A DNA stretch of 64,000 nucleotides from Eledone cirrhosa (Eukaryota). Both the position numbers and the translations under genes were made by a program. The notes beneath the pieces are model-generated. The model made no database searches and was not told the origin of the DNA. It worked only from the letters and a program-made list of their open reading frames with translations. Where the stretch lies: positions 6,572,001 through 6,636,000 of the forward strand of contig OZ024748.1 of NCBI GenBank assembly GCA_964016885.1, in the 5' to 3' direction. Positions 57,825 to 64,000 of the stretch are shown here, piece after piece. How positions within the stretch are numbered: position 1 is the stretch's first letter; each line of letters opens with the position of its first letter.

Positions 57825-58085
57825 ATTATATAATAAAATAACATTTGATGTAATATATATATAATATATATATATAATATATTTTTATTTATAAAACATA
57901 ATATAATGTTTCATATAATATCATCTTCTATAAAATATCATATTAACTAATAGTATGTTATATTGTTGTATAATATACTAGATTATCGTAAAATATAATG
58001 TTGTATATAATATTCAATCATTAAGTTGCAATACAGAACATTTTATACAATTCTATATCATATAATTATATATATATATATATAA

Positions 58086-58213
58086 TAAAATAACAGATTA
58101 AAGTTTAAGCAAGGAATCAATGCTTTCACCCTTAACGGGATCTCCTATGGTTTTATATCTATATTATCCGTATCGAGCCCTCTTCGGATTTTAGTCTTCA
58201 CATTTATTATTAT

Positions 58214-58217
<4 letters not shown>
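58086..58217 (+). mobile_element. Family F element, 5'-inverted copy
   Basis: Inverted 3' half-hammerhead (58086-58142) joined to the plus-strand tail (..CCGTA-TC-GAGC-CCTCTTCGGATTTTAGTCTTCA). Lies within (TA)n. Confidence 0.75.
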
Positions 58218-58293
<76 letters not shown>

Positions 58294-58341
58294 ACCTTTC
58301 CGACGGAATTACTTCATTTATATATATATATAATATTTATA

Positions 58342-58392
<51 letters not shown>

Positions 58393-58396
<4 letters not shown>

Positions 58397-58698
58397 ATAC
58401 TTGGGGAGGGTCATATTTGTGTAATATTGCCAGAATTAATAACAGAACACACTCACTGTTTGGTTGGTATTCGCTTTTCGCTTCTGTGTCTTTTATATCG
58501 GTTAATTTAATTTATTAGGTTCTCAATGTTGCCATTGACTGACCAACGGTCAAAAATACAGATACAATATAGACACAAACACATATATATAGTCTATCAA
58601 AGTTCTTTCGTTGCACATCTGCAACATCGTCAGTGGTGCTATTGTTTCCCCCTGTTGCATTGTATGCCTACGCCATCTTTATTTCCCCAAGTATAACA
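58393..58698 (-). mobile_element. 306-bp TGT...ACA element with 15-bp terminal inverted repeats (solo-LTR or Ginger-MITE-like), family G
   Basis: Termini TGTTATACTTGGGGA / TCCCCAAGTATAACA with ATAT on both sides. Partial second copy at 54666-54827. Internal hammerhead-like core on the minus strand. Confidence 0.6.
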
Positions 58699-58756
58699 AT
58701 ATTTGTTTCGACACACGATTTCATATCAAAAACCTCGCAAAACTAATTCATCGCCG

Positions 58757-58821
<65 letters not shown>

Positions 58822-59937
58822 CATATATATAATCAAATGTAATAAGCTACTTCTGTTTCGATTTTCATGATTATGTTTACCTGCCAGACATCATTAAATT
58901 ATACAATGATAGTATTGGTGTTTAACTGCATGTATGTATATAATAGGGGAGGATGGATGGGGACTGAAATTGTGGACTGTAGTATAAGTTTTGGTAGTAT
59001 GAATGTCGGGATGTAAAGTTATAAGTTTGTAAAGATGTATGGATATATGGAAGCATGGTGGTATGGATGTATAGATGTATGGAAGTATGGATATATGGAT
59101 GTTTGGTGGTATGGAAGTATAGAATTAGAGAGGTATGGTTGAATAGTAGTATAGTAGTATGATGGTATGGAAGTACAGAGGTATGGATGTATGGAAGTAT
59201 GGTAGTCTGAATGCCTTTTCTCCTCTGACCATAGATATCACTGAAATCATGATTTACGCTTCTCTGTATGAAATCATTATTTCATTTCCTTCCGTCTGCG
59301 TGACTAGGTTTTGAATGTTTGTGTTTGTGTGTGATTGTATGTGTTTATGAGTATGTATTTTTGTGTCTGTTTGTGAGTATGTGTGTGAGTGTGTCTATGT
59401 GTGTCTATGTGTGAGTATATGTGAATGTGTGTATGTGTGTGTATATGTGATACTCTATCTGTATGTTTCTTTGCTGGATACAATCTTTCTACATATGGTT
59501 ATATGATGTTGTATATGAATTAATTCTCGTATTCCTTTACTAGTTTTAGCCATTAAACTGAAGTCTTGACAAGGAACTACCTTAAAATATATAATGTTTC
59601 TCCGATAGCAACATAATCTATGAGGGAATAGTACAATAGTTCCAGTACATCGCCTTTACCATTCCGTCCCATATGGCAGACTCACCAAAGATTTTGCTGT
59701 AGAGCAGTAGTTTCATAGCTTCATCGATGGGTGACCTCTAGTAGCTCTGGTCGTATAATTGTAGCTTATGGTGTGTATATTTACACACTCATTCTCATAT
59801 ACATATATCTGAACTTCACAGTAATTATACAAAAATACATGAGTGAAATAATTTGCATATAAAATACAGGACAGCTACTTTTTCTCTCTTCATCAAAATG
59901 TATTTATTTTCCAAGAACAATATGACAATATTTTTTG

Positions 59938-60044
<107 letters not shown>

Positions 60045-60161
60045 CATATATATATATTATATTATATATATATATATATATGTACACATATGTATATATA
60101 CACACATATGTATGCATATATATTTGTGTGTATGTGTATATATATTATATATATATATTTG

Positions 60162-60215
<54 letters not shown>

Positions 60216-60224
60216 TAATATATA

Positions 60225-60304
<80 letters not shown>

Positions 60305-60888
60305 TATATTTGCATGTATGTATATATATATATATTTGTATGTATATATAAACATTTTATACGGTTGGTGTGTTTGTTGCATGTTTTATTCTCGTTTTAT
60401 GGGTATATAAATGGACTCAGTACATTAAAGGAAACGTTTGAATGTGGAATGGACAGTTCATGGTTTCAAAAGTCTTCTGTTAGATATTTTCAGTTATAAT
60501 ATTTATAGTCAGACATTTTGTATTCTTTCATTTAAGATTATCAACGTTATAATTTTCTCGTTCTTTTTCTTCTTTCTTTTCTTTCTATATTTATATTTTT
60601 CTTCTTTAATATTTTCTTTTAACAATTACATATTGTAGTTGCCAGTTTTTGTTTGGTATATTTTTATATTTTATTTAATACATCCCAAAATATCCTTGAA
60701 AAAAAAAATTGTTTAATTAAAACACTTTTCTATATTGAACACATACAGGCAAGTAGAATAATTAGTCAAATTGAACCAAAGATAATAAAATAATAATATT
60801 TATAATAATTATAATCATTTCAAATAAACACAGACGAAATATAAACTGGACAAAACAAAAACAAACTGTAAGCAAATTATATATATAT

Positions 60889-60923
60889 AACGAAGGAAGT
60901 GTGGTAAGGAACCAGATGGACCA
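60889..60923 (-). mobile_element. Family C extreme 3'-end fragment
   Basis: AACGAAGGAAGTGTGGTAAGGAACCAGATGGACCA is the reverse complement of the family C 3' end. Lies between TA runs. Confidence 0.65.
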
Positions 60924-60954
60924 TATATATATATATATGATTATTATTAATAAT

Positions 60955-61143
60955 AATTGTTTCTACTTTGGGCACAAGGCCAGCAATTACCCAGTGCATT
61001 ACTGGTACTTTTATTTTATCGACCCCGTAAGGATGAAAGGCAAAGTCAACCTCGGCGGCATTTGAACTCAGATCGTAAAGGGACGTAACTATGCTGGAAA
61101 GCATGGCGTCCGACCCTCTACCGATACTGCCAATCCACTGCCC
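60955..61143 (-). mobile_element. SINE family 1, full length
   Basis: Near-identical reverse complement of 18615-18802. Confidence 0.9.
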
Positions 61144-61386
61144 TATTATATAATTATTATATAATTATATATATATAATTATTATTAATAATAATAATTA
61201 TATATTATTAATAATATTACTATTATTTTTATTATGATTATTAATATCATCGATATAGTTTTTTCTAATATAACTGCTGTCATTTTTCATAATATTCCTG
61301 TTAATGTTTTATCTTTCATTATACTTTTAAATTATTTTCTATTCTGAAACTCATTCCCAGCCATATGTTTCATTGTCTCAGCAAAT

Positions 61387-61434
<48 letters not shown>

Positions 61435-61643
61435 GTTATAATAATGAAAATACCAAAGAAGAAATAGAAATAAAAGAAAAGGGAAAATAATACACAGCTT
61501 AACAGATTCAATTTTAAATAGAGGGTGATTGTATTGGTACAGACACACACACGCACACATATATATGTATGTATACATATACATATATGTTATATAATAT
61601 ATATATATATTATATACATACACATATATATATTCATATATAC

Positions 61644-61728
<85 letters not shown>

Positions 61729-61794
61729 TATATATATATATTTATATATATATATATATTTATATATATACATATATAAATATATATATATGTT

Positions 61795-61832
<38 letters not shown>

Positions 61833-62238
61833 CAAGAAAACACACACAGACATTACTTGAATTTAGTTCACGTGTGTATTTTAGTTGTCCCAGGCAAGAA
61901 AGCGTTTGTCTAAATATATTTTTAAAATTTTCTATCATATAAATGTGGATTTTTTAGTATTATTTTCCTTTTTTTATATGTCAACTACTCATTCAGTTAA
62001 TTTCCTTCAATCCGTTACATTCATAAGTCTATACACAATTCTACTAACATACAACAAAAATTGTCGCAACTACCAAGTAGGTATACACCTGATTCTTACT
62101 CTCCTGTAAATACATTATTTTACACACACACCTCATACATATGAATCAACACCTTAAATCATATATATACGTACATTATATATACATATACATATCCATG
62201 TATATATATATATATACATGTATATATTTATATACATG

Positions 62239-62269
<31 letters not shown>

Positions 62270-62283
62270 ATATATATATTTAT

Positions 62284-62331
<48 letters not shown>

Positions 62332-62487
62332 CATATTATATATACATATTATATATAAATATACATATATTATATATATGTATATATATGCATATATTAT
62401 ATATATGTATATATATATGTATATATTATATATATGTATATATATTATATATATGTATATATAATATATAAATACATACACACACAC

Positions 62488-62556
<69 letters not shown>

Positions 62557-62856
62557 TACATACCTACATACATTTTCATACATTCTATATAAATCTCACT
62601 CGTTTATACATAACGACATCTATATTAACATTTGTTCATTTATCAGACTGGAGTACGCGCTTATCCGAGATCAACAACACTACACTTCTCTCAGCTCTAG
62701 AGGAAAAGTTTAAATATTGTTTTTAAGGGTGAACTCCAACTGAATATTCAACATTTGAATTACATGGACAGAGCTACATTCAATGATACATATTCATATA
62801 CATAGACAAATATACATTGTTTTGTGTGTTTATATTAAATGTATACATATAAATAA

Positions 62857-62913
<57 letters not shown>

Positions 62914-63045
62914 TATATATATTTACTTATATTTACTTTTATATGTATATATATATATACATATACACATATATATATATATATATATAAATATATACAT
63001 ATGCATACACAAATATATATATATATAAATATATATAAATACATG

Positions 63046-63131
<86 letters not shown>

Positions 63132-63658
63132 ACTGGCAATGTTTAATGTTTATATATATATGCATATATGTACATTTATATTTTTACATAGTGATTTATA
63201 TTGGCAAGTATTCAATTTGGATAGCAATGTAACTAAAATTATAGTTTTACATAACTTAGTTTAGAGAACGTTTATATAAATGTCTTTGTTGTTGGTTGTG
63301 TTAGCCATGGAGTGGTTTACAATGATGATGTTGATGGTAGTGATAGTAGTGCTGTTAGTTAACTTGGTTGTAGTAGTACTAGAGCTTTTAGCAGTAATAG
63401 TATTTTAAGCAATATCTGTTTTATTGTTTATCTCCAACTAGAAATATATTTTTTTTACACTTTTATAAATAAATAATTGAAACAAAATGTGAAATGATAC
63501 ATCTACTTAAATTACTTTAATTTGTATTCATTGCATGTATATATTTATATATATATACATATGTATATATAGATATATATTTATATACACTGACGCTTAC
63601 AATCACTCTCTCTCCCTCACACACATATATATATAAATGTATTTATATACATATATAT

Positions 63659-63739
<81 letters not shown>

Positions 63740-63817
63740 CATACAAATATATATATATATATATATACATATATATATACACATACATATACATATATAT
63801 ATTTAAATATACAAATA

Positions 63818-63878
<61 letters not shown>

Positions 63879-64000
63879 TTATACATTTACATATACATAT
63901 ACGTCTCATATGTTCATGAATACACATACAATACATATACCTATATATTAATATATTACCTTCTATTTCTATCACAATAAATATGTTTGTGCGAGTGCTT

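Overview
AT-rich, microsatellite-saturated non-coding animal DNA. The repeat content suggests a cephalopod such as octopus (inference). I can support no host protein-coding gene, and nearly all ORFs in the track are translations of simple repeats. Identifiable content: about a dozen copies of a tRNA-headed ~190-bp SINE, two copies of a second tRNA-SINE, two 3' fragments of an RTE-like LINE, some MITE/foldback-like elements and local tandem duplications. The main signal is a set of at least 6-8 short, sequence-distinct elements embedded in (TA)n tracts. Each carries a full or partial type I hammerhead ribozyme (stem I-CUGANGA-stem II-GAAA-stem III-UH-stem I, often with a palindromic stem III). 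Most are followed by a shared covarying 3' hairpin (RCTC...[1-2 nt bulge]GAGY-VCT) and show fold-back or 5'-inverted structure. They look like non-autonomous Penelope-like (PLE) pLTR derivatives or retrozyme-like elements that target TA microsatellites. All folding was done by eye.
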